Assembly: GCF_963921235.1 (NCBI RefSeq)
Contig: NC_086101.1
Location: 3,660,001 to 3,724,000 of the forward strand
Length of the DNA: 64,000 bases
DNA from: Mobula hypostoma
Lineage: Eukaryota
Reading direction: 5' to 3'
The stretch's first letter is position 1, and every line of letters starts with the position of its first letter. Position numbers and translations under genes: made by a program. The notes below the pieces were generated by a model. The model was not told the origin of the DNA. It searched no databases and worked only from the letters and a program-made list of their open reading frames with translations. Below, one piece after another: positions 12,886 to 25,039 of the stretch.

Positions 12886-13004
12886 GACTAGTGATGATGT
12901 TTATGTGCTGTCAGTGACACATGGTGCCCTACCTGTCGAAAAATTCGATCAGCCCTTTTTGTTGAACACAACGTTGAGAGAAATGTCTGATACAATTAAG
13001 CGAG
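12886..13004 (+). CDS. TRIM copy 1 exon 5 (linker, 119 nt)
   Basis: TTTACAG|G ACT...AAG CGA G|GTAAAC; phases match exons 4 and 6; encodes TSDDVYVLSVTHGALPVEKFDQPFLLNTTLREMSDTIKR. Confidence 0.88.
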
Positions 13005-15779
13005 GTAAACATTTACAGTTTCCTTTCTCCATGTTTGTGAACAATTTTAAGCAATACTTACTCGCAAAGACTGTCTGTAACTCTGGGTGAAGACATCACT
13101 GTCGCATGGTCAGCTGGAGATGTCCGACCCCTGAACACACCAGCACTGGGACACACTACACCCAATACACGGGACTGTTAGATTATCCACTGTATCCTGA
13201 ACCAACTCACACTGTACAAACACGCCAAGACATTACCAGGTAATAAAAGCTGGTATCTGTCCTGTGAATGGGATTGTCATGAAAATACGTACGAGTCCTT
13301 CAGAGAAGGAAATCTGCTTCACTCAGCCTGTCTGACCTGTCCGTGACTGCAGACTCTGACTGACTCAGGTCTGCCCCCTGCTGGACTCGCGAGTCTCACT
13401 ATTATCAACCCCCACATTGAAGCATTGTCAGACAGAGCCTGGACACAGCTCCCAGCATTGACCTCGGTCAAGATTTCATCTCGGGAGAAGCTCACACATC
13501 ATTCCCAGCCTGGCAAAGTTCCCTCACATACATACACAGAAGAATCGGCAGATCATTCCCCCTCCCCACCTCCATCTGCCTTCTCCCTCACCTGGACTCA
13601 CCTCTCACCCGACAACTTTTGCTCATCCCCTTCTCCTATTTCTTATTCTGCATCTTATTCTTATTCTCCATTATGTTGCCTTCCTTTCCAGTCCGGGTGA
13701 ATGGTCTCAGCCTGAAGTGTCAACTCTTTCATTTCCCTCCGAAAACCGTGCGTGACTCAAGTTCCTCTGGCATTTTGTGTGTGTGACCGGCAAGATTCCG
13801 GTTGTGAATGAACCCAGTGACTGAGATTCCAGAGCCACCAGGATAGAGAGTTCCAAAGATTCACACCCCTCTGCGAGAAGAAAGTTCTCCTCTTCTCAAT
13901 GCGAATTGATATTTCCCTTATTCAGAGTCTGTGAGCTCTGGTTCCAGACTCATCGGTCAAGGGAAACATCCTCCCTGCATCCAGCCCATCGAACCTTGTT
14001 AGAAGTTTATAACTTTCCATGAAATTCATCAACACAGCCAGGCTCCAGGGAGAGATTCCTCAGGAAGATGATCTGGGAATGGGTTTCGCCGATGTTTATT
14101 CACAGGGATTTCAACACACATTTGTGGCCAGTAAACGGTGAATATTCTGTGGTTGTTCACTGAGGCTGCAGTTACAGCTTTAGTTCACTTTATTTCTCCT
14201 CTCTCCACAAATCTGACTGCACTGAGATTTGATCATTTCAGAAGCCGGCACCTCCCTACATTGAATTCCCAGTGTTTCTGCGGTTGTCAGATCTTCGTTC
14301 CCTCCCCTCGGGTGGCTCTTTTATCGAGTTGAGAAACAGGACATTCAGTGAAAAGCTGCAATACCAAAGGCAGCAACACCCCCCACATCCTCTGTCGATA
14401 TCTCATTCCAGTCATTGAGATAGAAACAGGGAATCAGGCCCTTCGGCCCATCCTGTCCATACTATAATTATAAATAATGAGAAGTATAAATAACATTATA
14501 AATAATCAAAAATGTTTCAGTGATCCTGTAGTAATTTAAATAAACACCTTCACTGTTCACTATATGACCAATTTTGCCATCATCTTCAAACTTACAAACC
14601 ATACCATCTATATTATCTTCCAAATCGTTAGTACCAATGAACAGTGGACCCTGAACCGATCCCCACGTACACGACTGGTCACAGAGCTCCAGTCTGGACA
14701 GCAGCTCTCCATCACCACTCTCTGTCTCCTGCTACCAGGCAATTTTACATCCAATTGGATAGCTCACCCTGGATCCCAAGTGATCAAACTTTCTCTTCGA
14801 GCCTTTCTCAGGGAAGCTTGTCAAAGTCCCTACTAAAGTTCATGTGGACAATGTCTATCACCCTATTCTCAGCAGTCCTTTCTGTCACCTCAGCAAAAAA
14901 AATAGTTAAGTTTATGAGTCACTATTTCCCAGGCATAAAACAGAGCTGACTATCCTGAGTCAGTCCCTGCCTTTCCAAATGCTGGTAAATCTGTCTCTCA
15001 GTCTCCATTCCAGTAATTGCCCCACCACTGATGTTAGACTCAGCAGCCTGGAGTTTCTTGGCTTGACCTTCCAGTCCCTCTTAACTTAAGACAACACCTG
15101 AGCCACCCTCCTGACTTCCAGCAGCTCACCTGTGGTGAAATGTGCAGCAATTATATCCGCCAGGGCCCTGAGTTTGTTCCCTAGTCTTAAGGTACTCAGA
15201 CAGAGTAGATCATGGTCTGGGGCTCATTCACCTCTGGTACTTCCAGCACCTTCACTTTTGCACTATGATATGTTCCAAGAGGCTACTGTTCATGTTCCTT
15301 AATTCCTTAGTTTACATGCCCTCTCCCATCTCCTTTTCTCGATGACCACATTGATCCTGAGGGTGACCTGTCCGAGTCAGGTTGTCATACATTTGTCCCA
15401 ATGTCCATGCTGTCTGTGTTGCCCAGTGAGCTGGTGCCATCTGCTCACGTTTGGTCCAGAGCCCCATAAAACTCTTCAATCCATGTACTACCTACTGTAG
15501 ATTCTTTCAAATGTTGCTTATTTCTAGTAGGGCATTCCAAATATGCACCACACTTTGTGTGAACAAAATATTTCTGAAGTCCCTTTTAAATCCATTGGCT
15601 CTGATCTTAAACCTTTGCACTCTTGTTCCTCACACACCCTCTCTGGGGAAAATCCCTAATTTGGAAGGGGATGAGGACCGGAGTGATAGGGCTGAGGATG
15701 GGGCAGTTGATATACTAGTTGATGCATTGTGTAGTGGGACGGTGAGGAAGAACAGACAGATGATGGGACTGAACTGCAG

Positions 15780-17615
15780 TCGGTGGGATGAGTTGCAGTC
15801 AACAGGGGGCAAAGTCTAAAAGAGTGACCAATACAGGACTGAAGGTGCTATATTTGAATGCACGAGGTACACAGAATAAGGTAGATGATCTTGTAGCACA
15901 ATTAGAGACCGGTAGGTATGACATCATGGGCATCACTGAATAGTGGCTGAAAGAAGATCATAGTTGGGAGCACAGAGTAGATCTGGAAAGGCTGTTTCCC
16001 CTGGTGGGTGAGTCCCGGACAAGGGGCCACAGTCTTAGAATTACAGGGTACCCATTTGAAACAGAGAAGAGGAAATTTTTTTTTAGCCAGAGGGTTGTGT
16101 ATTTATGGAATTCGTTGCTACATACAGCTGTGGAGGCCGGATCATTGAGGGTGTTTAAGGAGGAGATTGATAAGTATCTAATTAGTCTGGCTATCAAGGG
16201 ATATGGGGAAAAAGCCGGAAATTGGAACGAGATGGGAGAATAGTTTAGCTCATGGTGGAGTGGCGGAGCAGACTCGATGGGCCGAATGGCCTACTTCTGC
16301 CCCTTTGTCTTGTGATCTTAACATCCAAGGATACTCAGGGTATCGTAGGGACCGGCAGGTAGGCAGAATGGGTGCATTGGCTCTGTTGGTAAAAATTGAA
16401 ATCAAATACTCAGAAAGAGGTGATACAGGATTGGAAGGTTTATATTCTTATGGGAAGAGGTAAGAGCCTGCAAAGGTGAAAACACCCTGTTGGGAGTTAG
16501 ATGCATTCTTCCGAACAGTAGCCAGGACATGGGATGTACGTTATACTGGGAGATAGAAAATGCATGTAATAAAGGCACTGTTCTAATAACTATGGGGAAT
16601 TTCAATATGCAGGTGGGTTGGGAACATCTGGTTGAGCTGAAGCCTGAGAAATGGAATTTGTAGGGTGGCTTTTTAGAGCAGCTTGTGCATGAGCATACAA
16701 GGAGATCGGGGTTCTGGACTGAGTGTTGTATAATGAAGCAAATTTGATGAGGGAGCTTAAGGTAAAGGAACCCTGAGTAGATCGTGATCATAATATGGGA
16801 GATTTCACCCTGCAGATGAACAGGGAGGAGATACAGTCAGATCTGTCAGCCTGACAGTGGGGTAAAGGGAATTACAGAGGCATGAGACAGTAACTGGCCA
16901 AAGTTGATTGGAAGGAGACACGATCAGGGATGATTCAAAGGTCAAAGTAATTTTATTGTGAAAATACAATTGTGCTAAAATTGGCAAATGCAATGTTGGC
17001 ATTCATTTCAAAGGGATTCGAATATAAAAACAATGAGATAATGCTGAGTCTTTATAAGACACACGTCAAGCTGCATTTGGAGTACTGTCCACAGGTTTGA
17101 CCCGATATCTCAGAAACGATGTATTGTCGTTGGAGAGAGTCCAGAAGAGGTTCACGAGGATCATTCCAGGAATGAAGGGGTTAACATATAAAGAATGTTT
17201 GGCAGCTTTGTGTCTGTACTCACTGGAATTTAGAAGAGTGCGGGGAGATATCATGAAACCTACTGAATATTGAAAGAACCAGATAAAGTGGAGGTCGAGA
17301 GGATGTTTCCTATAGTGTGGGTGTCCAGAACTAGAGGCACAGACTCAACATTGAGGGGCGACCCATTAGAACAGAGTAAGGAGGAATTTATTTAACCAGA
17401 AAGTAGTGAATCTGTTCAATGCTCTGTCAAAGACAGCTGTGGAGACCAAGACCGTAGGTATATTTAAAGTGAAAACTGATAGTTTTCTGAGTGGTCAGTT
17501 TATGGACAGAAGGCAGATATAGTGGGTTTGAGTGGAATCTAGGATAAGCCATGATGGAATACTCGATGGGCTGAATGGCCTAATTCTGCTCTTATATCTT
17601 ATGGTCCTATGGTCT
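15780..17615 (+). mobile_element. Nested degenerate CR1 fragments
   Basis: Endonuclease-like YLNARG..., 3' region peptides SRTRGHSLRI / FFSQRVVYLWNSL, and a (TCTTATGG)-type tail at about 17600. Confidence 0.7.
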
Positions 17616-17696
17616 ATTCATTACTCATTATCTTCCATACCCATGTCTCTAAGAACACACTGAGGGCCTTGCCCATCTCCTGTATCTCCAGGTGCA

Positions 17697-17970
17697 GTGG
17701 CACGGTAGCGTAGTGGTTAGCACAACGCTTCACAGTACAGGTGACAAGAGTTCAATTCCCACCGCTGCCTGCACGGAGTTTGTACGTTCTCCCTGGGACC
17801 GTGTGGGTTTCCTCCGTGTGCTCTGGTTTCCTCCCACAGTCCAGAGATGTAATGGTTGGTAGGTCATTGTAAATTGTCCCATGATGCGTCTAGGATTAAA
17901 TCAGGGGATTGCTGGGTGGTGTGGTTCGAAGGGCTGGAAGGACCGATTCCTCTCTGTATCTCAATAAATT
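17697..17970 (+). mobile_element. HE1-like V-SINE (tRNA-derived)
   Basis: A box TAGCGTAGTGG, B box GAGTTCAATTCC, V-domain GGAGTTTGTACGTTCTCCC...GGGTTTCCTCC...GGTTTCCTCCCACA, ending CTGTATCTCAATAAA. Confidence 0.8.
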
Positions 17971-19021
17971 TATCATTAATGATGGAAACCCTGCATCAGG
18001 ACAGAGAGTGGAGTGTGTGGGTGATCAGGGGCTGTGAGGGGAGTGGGTTTGTGGGAAGGGGGACAAAGATCCCTTATAAATCATTCCCCTCTCACCTTAA
18101 ATCTACACCCTCCAGTTTTGGACACCTTATTCTGGGGAAAAAATGGCACCTTACCTTTGCCCCCCCATGATTTTATATACCTTGACAAGGGGTCACCCCT
18201 AAACTCCAGGGAAATAGCTCCAGTTTATACAGTCTCTCATTTTAAACCAAGCCCTCCAGTCCTGGTAACATCCTCCTGAAGCTTCCTGTCCAGTGTAATG
18301 ACATCCATCCCACAGTCCGGCAACCAGGAATGCACACAGTACTCCGAGTGTGGTCTACCATCGATGTCAACGGCCTTGGTGAAGTTCATGTGGACAATGT
18401 CAATCACCCTGTCCTGGTCAATCCTCTCTGTCACCTCTTCAAGAATCTCAGTCAAATTTGTGAGATGTGATTTTGCGAGCACAATGTCGTCCTCACCTTT
18501 CCAGATGCTGCTCTATCCCGTCTCTCAGAAACTTTCCAACCACTGATGTTAGGCTCAGTGTCCTGGAGTTCCCCAGTGTCATCTTCCAGCCCTATTAATT
18601 AAATGGACAACCTCAGCCGCTTTCCAGTCAGCTGTGGCTAAACGTGAAGCAAATATATCTGCCAGGGTCCCTGTAATTTCATCCCCTTTCCTAATGAGGG
18701 TCTGAGGGGGTTGGGGTTACATAAAGAGGCAAAGGGACCCTCACAACCCATCTTCATCACTCTCCACTTTCGAGTTCCCCCGAAACACACAGTTCACCCA
18801 CCTGCTTTCCACCCCTATCCCACCTGGTTCTGGTTCCATCTGTCATTCATCTCTCCCCCAATGGTTCCCATTATCAGCTCACACTCCCCACCCTCCCCCA
18901 AAACTTCACTCCATCTTGCACTCACCGTTTTGTCTCTGTGTCTGTCTTTGTCTATCATTCACTTCCCAATGTCTCCCAACTCCAGCTCACATCCTCACCC
19001 CGCCCTACCTGGGGCAACCTG

Positions 19022-19958
19022 CTCATCATCCATCACCCCTCCTCAGTCCACATCACCTCAGACTCGTCTCATCATCCTTCACCCTTTCTCAGTCCACAGT
19101 CACCTCAGACTCGTCTCATCACCCTTCACCCATCCTCAGTCCACAGTCACCTCAGACTCGTCTCATCATCCTTCACCCTTTCTCAGTCCACAGTCACCTC
19201 AGACTCGTCTCATCATCCTTCACCCATCCTCAGTCCACAGTCACCTCTGACTCGTCTCATCATCCTTTACCCCTCCTCAGTCCACAGTCACCTCAGACTC
19301 GTCTCATCACCCTTCACCACTCCTCAGCCCACAGTCACCTCAGACTCGTCTCATCATCCTTCACCCCTCCTCAGTCCACAGTCACCTCAGACTCGTCTCA
19401 TCATCTTTCACCACTCCTCAGCCCACAGTCACCTCAGACTCGTCTCATCATCCTTCACCCATCCTCAGTCCACAGTCACCTCAGACTCGTCTCATCATCC
19501 TTCACCCATCCTCAGTCCACAGTCAGCTCAGACTCGTCTCATCATCCTTCACCCATCCTCAGTCCACAGTCACCTCAGACTCGTCTCATCATCCTTCACC
19601 CTTTCTCAGTCCACAGTCACCTCAGACTCGTCTCATCATCCTTCACCCCTCCTCAGTCCACAGTCACCTCAGACTCGTCTCATCATCCTTCACCCCTCCT
19701 CAGTCCACAGTCACCTCAGACTCGTCTCATCATCTTTCACCACTCCTCAGCCCACAGTCACCTCAGACTTGTCTCATCATCCTTCACCCCTCCTCAGTCC
19801 ACAGTCACCTCAGACTCGTCTCATTATCCTTCACCCCTCCTCAGTCCACAGTCACCTCAGACTCGTCTCATCATCCTTCACCCCTCCTCAGTCCACAGTC
19901 ACCTCAGACTCGTCTCATCAACCTTCACCCCTCCTCAGTCCACAGTCACCTCAGACTC
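19022..19958. repeat. 47-bp minisatellite, about 20 units
   Basis: Unit CCTCAGACTCGTCTCATCATCCTTCACCCCTCCTCAGTCCACAGTCA. Unit starts at 19056, 19103, 19150, 19197 ... 19949, exactly 19 periods of 47. Confidence 0.97.
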
Positions 19959-20945
19959 CTGTCGCATCACTCCCCTTCTCGTCTCTCTCCTGGCCATCTT
20001 CCTCCCCACTCTCAGTCCTGATTTCGACATGAAACGCCAACAGTCCCTTTCCTCCACAGGCGCTGCTCGACCCACTGAGTTCCTGCAGCTGATTGTGTGA
20101 GTCCTGATTGTTGCGTATATATTTAAGGTGCAGTTAGAAAACTGTTGGAAGATCAAGGAATTAAGGTTTTGGTGAACTGGTACAGAAGAGGAATTAATGC
20201 TGGCATCGGTATGTCACTGTCATGTTGAATGAAGGGCCGGTTTCTGTGTTGTACTGTTCTATGTTCTCTGTTCCCTGTTTAGAGGAATGAGAGGAGATCT
20301 CAGGGAAACACAAAACTCATCCCAGGCTCAACAGGGAGGATGCACGGAGGAAGTTTCCCTGGTCTGAGGGTTCGAGTATCAAAGGTCACTGTCTCAGGAT
20401 GGTGTGAACCCTCAAAGGATAGTTTATATCTGGAACTCTCTGTACCGGAGGACTGTGCGTCTCAGTCATTTAGTCCGTTTCATGTCACAGAGTCATCATC
20501 GTATCGCACAGAAATGGGCTCTTGGGCCCATCACCTCTGTGCTGACCTATTTACCATCTACCCTTATCCCATTGGTTGGCATTAGGTTTGTCTACTTCTG
20601 TGCCATCCCTATTGAATTGTCTTTCTGAGTGTCTCTTCAACACAGTGATTGTATCCGATACCATCACCTCCTCTGGCAGCAAGTTCCAACATCAACCACT
20701 CATTGTTCAGTACACTCACCCCTCAGATCAGACCATATGAGCATCAGACTCAGGACCAGAATTAGGCCATTCGGCCCATCATCTGCTCCACTATTTCAGC
20801 ATGCTGACCCAATTTTCCTCTCAGTCTCACACTCCTGCCTTCTCCCCGTATCCTTTGGTGCCCTGACCAATCAAGGGTCTATCAAGCAACACACACAAAG
20901 TGCTGGAGGAACTCAGCAGGCCAGGCAGCATCTATGGAAAAGAGT

Positions 20946-21807
20946 TGTTACGTACCCCGTAACTGGGTTGCCAAACCAGCAGAAATGGATCACTCAGTTG
21001 GAGTCTGGAGTACTAGAACTAAGAAAGTTTTATTAAAGAAACAAGCAACACAGTAATCGAAAGGATAATAAATGCAACAGTTCAGCGATGATAAACACAC
21101 ATGTGCACAGAATTAAGATAACAGCATCAATCAAGCTCTATCGTTGTCTAGGGGTAAATGACCAAATTTCAAAGTGACTCAAAGTTCAATCCAGTTAGTA
21201 GTTCAGTTCGCAGTAATCGTTGCTATGGCGATGGACAACGTGGGGGAAGAGAGATATAGAACAGGAACAACTGATCATTCAGAACGGCTTCACTCACAGA
21301 CCGGCGAGATTGCTCACAAGCAACTTTTGGGCGGGTCCTTGGTGATGTCACCTGAGGTCACCGACTGTGACCCCTCCTCCAGATGCAGTCGATCCTCTGC
21401 AGTGAACCCGGCACCCAGGCAAGGGCGGACACACACCGGGTTCCCGCTGATCGTACCTTTCCACCCTGGCCGTTGTCTGATACCTCTCACCCACTCGTGA
21501 GAGGCGCACCGCTTCCAGGGTCTCGTTACCTCGGGTGGCGTGTGTGTCCTGTCTTAGCGAACTGGTCCCTTTTTATCCCCCTGCTGGGGTATCGCCTGTC
21601 CATCACTTCAAACAGTTCAGGGTTCAAAGGGGGAGCCGCTCCAGACAGCTCTCTCTCTCCCACGTCCCTTCATTACACATCTCCAGACGCGGCTCCATTG
21701 TTCCCTATCTCTCCTTCCCCTGAGGGCAGGTGGCAGACCACTTGCTGATGTCACTGATGCTAACCCAGGCCAGCAAACATCTTAATTTTATGTGTATTCT
21801 CGTCACA
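20946..21807 (-). repeat. 3' LTR (862 bp)
   Basis: TGTTACGTACCCC...TCGTCACA; preceded on the minus strand by the PPT AAAGGGGGGAAG (21808-21819). Confidence 0.95.
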
Positions 21808-21980
21808 CTTCCCCCCTTTAAGGATTTTTACCGGGAGGTAAAAATTACAAACATGAATACATTATTTGATACATACACAAATATACATCTTTAACAGCTA
21901 TTTGGCTAACACAGCGAGTTTGAAGCTGTCAACACCTTGACAGACAGTCATCACATTTTCTGTTCCTTTTACACGTGTTA

Positions 21981-22439
21981 TTAATAATCCCTTAGACCAG
22001 GCTCCAACTCAGCAAACTTCATAGTGGCCAAAAACACTGATGAATTGCGATCAATGTAACCTCCCATTTGGCTTTGTCCCGGACCACAATAACAAGGGTC
22101 ATCCCATTCCCACTCAGTTTTCTCTCGCAAGGGCTTAGTAGGAGGGGGACGGGTATTGACCGCAGAGTTATTGCAAAACTTCCTGCAGTACCCCACCATC
22201 TCCAAGAGCCTTCTGAGGACCCTCTTGTCTGTCGGGGTTGGGAGGTCAGCGATAGCCTGTACTGTAGCTTGCATCGCTGCCAGCTGCCCCTGTGTCACCA
22301 CAATTCCCAGGTAAGTGACCCTCGTGTGGCCGAATTCATTTTTTTCAAGGTTCACTATCAAACTGGCTTCAGACAGCCGTATTAAATTGCCAATACACAC
22401 CGCTGTGTTCATCAGCCCTTTAGTCACTGAATTACTCAT
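21981..22439 (-). pseudogene. Vestigial RT C-terminal (thumb/connection) fragment of the LTR element
   Basis: LIVNLEKNEFGHTRVTYLGIVV...AIADLPTPTDKRVLRRLLEMVGYCRKF matches the Gypsy RT C-terminal pattern; no YxDD core and no RNase H. Confidence 0.75.
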
Positions 22440-22463
22440 TATATATGCATGTTCTTTACTAGG

Positions 22464-24941
22464 CTACCCTATTGTAACAGACATCACCCAACGTCCCAGT
22501 TCTTTGCATTTCCTCGGGACAATCAAACACATGGGTGCGAGTCGTTTAATTACTCCTTCTAAAGATTCGCTTTGTTCGGGGATTAAGGGAGAGACCTTAT
22601 CAGTAGACCCGGCCAAAACAATAGCCTTCTCCCATCTGATCGATCCCATACTAATCTTTTCAAAATGTTTTTTTTCTCTTATCAGGGGGCCCCTAGCTTC
22701 ATTGATTTCCACGCTAACACCGACTAGGTTTGTTAGCATATCAAAAGCCGGTGACCGTCTCAGTTCGTGTCGGTCATGATCAATAACATCCTTCCTCCTG
22801 GGCAGCCGGTAAACCTCTTTCATGATTCCACCAACTGTTTCCTCCAGCACCGCAAAATGTCCACTGGGGGGTACCTCGTGGGCCATGTTAAAAACCTCAT
22901 CCCCATAACTCTTTTGCACCACCCTCCATTCCTCATCTGCGGGTACTGTACTTGATTTCCCTTTCTTCCTTAGCACTTCCTCATCCGCACAATAGCCTAC
23001 TAGTTCCCTTGTTAAAGCTGTGTCAGAGAGAGCGGTCTCGGCAAAAACCATCAGCCCCTCGTCTCGCTCCTGCGTCTGCACAAATTCTTTCCTGGCTACT
23101 GCTACGTCCGTCCCAGCTCCCTCACTACCTCTTGTCTCACTACACCCTGTCTCATACAAGGTTGGCAGAAATGTTTCAGCTAAATTCATGTCGGCCTCTG
23201 CAGCTTTCCTCGCCATCCGCCGAGTTACTGCGCAAACGGGATAAACCTGCGAGTCCACGGGCGGGGCCTCCATGCTGGCAGGCTGACTTGTCAGCCTCAC
23301 GGCGGGGAACACAATTCCTCCGGCGATGTCATTACCGAGCAAGACTTCCACGTCTTTCATCGGTAATTCGGACCTCACCCCGACCGTGACTAGTCCAGAG
23401 ACCAGGTTGCTCTATAAGTGTATCTGGTGCAAAGGGACTGACTCTGTCCCTTCCCCAACACCTTTGACCTCTACCTCCCCAGTCTGGGTCTCTGAGCTAA
23501 ACTCTAATACACTCTTCAGTATTAGTGACTGACACGCTCCCGTGTCTCTCCAGATCCGCACTGGAACTGGTTTTAACCCCTCCTTCACTGACATCAGTCC
23601 GGCCGAGATAAACCTCTCGCGCCCTTCCTGGACTTTTTCAGACCTGTCCTTCCCTAGCGGTTCGCTTAACAGCTCGATACAGCCATTCCAAATTTCCGCT
23701 TTTCCTTTCCCCGTCTCCTTCCTTGGGGCAAAGCACCTGGACGCAAAGTGTCCGGCTTTCCCACAATTATAACAGACGACCCCAGGAGACTTCCTACCAG
23801 ACTGCTCCCGGTCTACCTTATCCTTTTCACTAGTCCCCGGCTTACTTTCTGACTTTTCCGGCGGACTCTCCCCTCCGTCCTGACTACCCTTCTGGTAGCC
23901 TTTACTCGGGGCAAACTTCATTTTATGCGTCAACGCATACTCATCCGCTAACTTAGCAGTAGCGGCTAACGTGGCTGCCTCTTTCTCATCGAGGTAGGGT
24001 CTCATACCCTCAGGGACACAACCTTTAAACTGCTCAATCAGGATCAGTTGTAGCAGTCTGTCATAATCCCCCTCTACCCGCTTCGAGGCGCACCAACGCT
24101 CACAATATGTTTGCATCTCACGGGCAAACTCCAAATACGTGCGGTCCCACTGCTTCCTCGCATTCCGGAACCTCTGCCGGTATGCCTCCGGGACCAACTC
24201 ATAAATCCTGAGGATGGCCTCTTTCACCACCTCATACCTCTGGGCATCTTCCGCGGACAAAGCTGAGTAAGCTTCTTGGGCCTTCCCTTTCAGTACACTC
24301 TGAAGTAAAACAACCCACTTATCCCTCGGCCAGTCCTGACTTATAGCCACTTTTTCGAAGTGGAGGAAGTACCGATCCACGTCGGTATCGTCAAATGGGG
24401 GAACCAGCCTAACCTCCTGGGTCGCCCGGAACCCTCCACCTTGGTTCGGCACGAGCCCCTGCTCTGCCCTTATCTTTAACTTCTCCAGCTCAAATTCCCT
24501 TTCCCTCTGTTTCCCTCTCTCTTCTCGCTCCCATTGCCTCTCTTTCTCCTCTCTCTCTAACTGTCTGTCCCTCTCTTTCTCTTCTCTCTCCAACTGTCTT
24601 TCTCTCTCTTGCCTTTCTGACTCTCTCTCCTGCCTTTCTAACTGCTTCTCTTCGTGTTCTAACTGCCGTACCCGGAACTCGTGCTCGAGTCTCAGTTTTT
24701 CAAGCTGTACCTGTACCGCGTCTCCAGCAGGTTTTTCAATAGACACCACCCCCAGCTCACCTTAGGGAAACACACCTTTAGATACATAGTGCTCTACAAT
24801 AGCTCTGTGTATCTCCTCTCTCCTCATTGTCGACTTCACCTTAGCAAGATTCAACCATTTGGCCACAGCTATCAATTCCGATTTCCTGGCATCCTCTAAT
24901 GCCTCCAAGGTCGGCGCCTTTATAAATTCCTCAGCCTCCAT
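22464..24941 (-). pseudogene. gag-protease-(integrase relic) reading frame, 826 codons with two in-frame stops
   Basis: ATG at 24941 (MEAEEFIKAPT...), TAA at 24762-64 and TAG at 23412-14, all in one frame. SCAN-like capsid (PEAYRQRFRN...LILIEQFKGCVP), CYNCGKAGHFASRC, WRDTGACQSL...LLGND, then AHEVPPSGHF (integrase HH-like). Confidence 0.85.
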
Positions 24942-25009
24942 TTCTGCTGTTTGTCTTTTCTTTCTTTCGGGAATTTTAACCCAATCAATTACTCCGTCCC
25001 AAATTTAGC

Positions 25010-25035
25010 GTTCAAAATCGCGGACGAGAACCCCA
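25010..25035 (-). other. Primer-binding site, tRNA-Pro-like
   Basis: TGGGGTTCTCGTCCGCGATTTTGAAC lies 4 nt after the 5' LTR; the tRNA-Pro complement is TGGGGGCTCGTCCGGGATTTGAAC. Confidence 0.75.
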
Positions 25036-25039
25036 CTTA

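Noticed and set aside
17697..17765. tRNA gene (also 52288-52350)
   Set aside because: The A/B boxes run straight into SINE body sequence and no complete cloverleaf is evident.
18711..20100. Long ORFs (394, 364 and 179 aa) and a CRISPR-like look
   Set aside because: They result from a stop-poor 47-bp tandem repeat. Units are head-to-tail with no unique spacers, there are no cas genes, and the DNA is vertebrate intron.
21174..21748. ORFs repeated at 25268-25839
   Set aside because: They lie in the two LTRs. Identity reflects LTR duplication, and they have no recognisable domain.
23412..23414. TAG as an MLV-style programmed gag-pol readthrough codon
   Set aside because: It falls inside the protease, between DTG and LLGND, not at the gag/pro boundary, so it is more likely a nonsense mutation.
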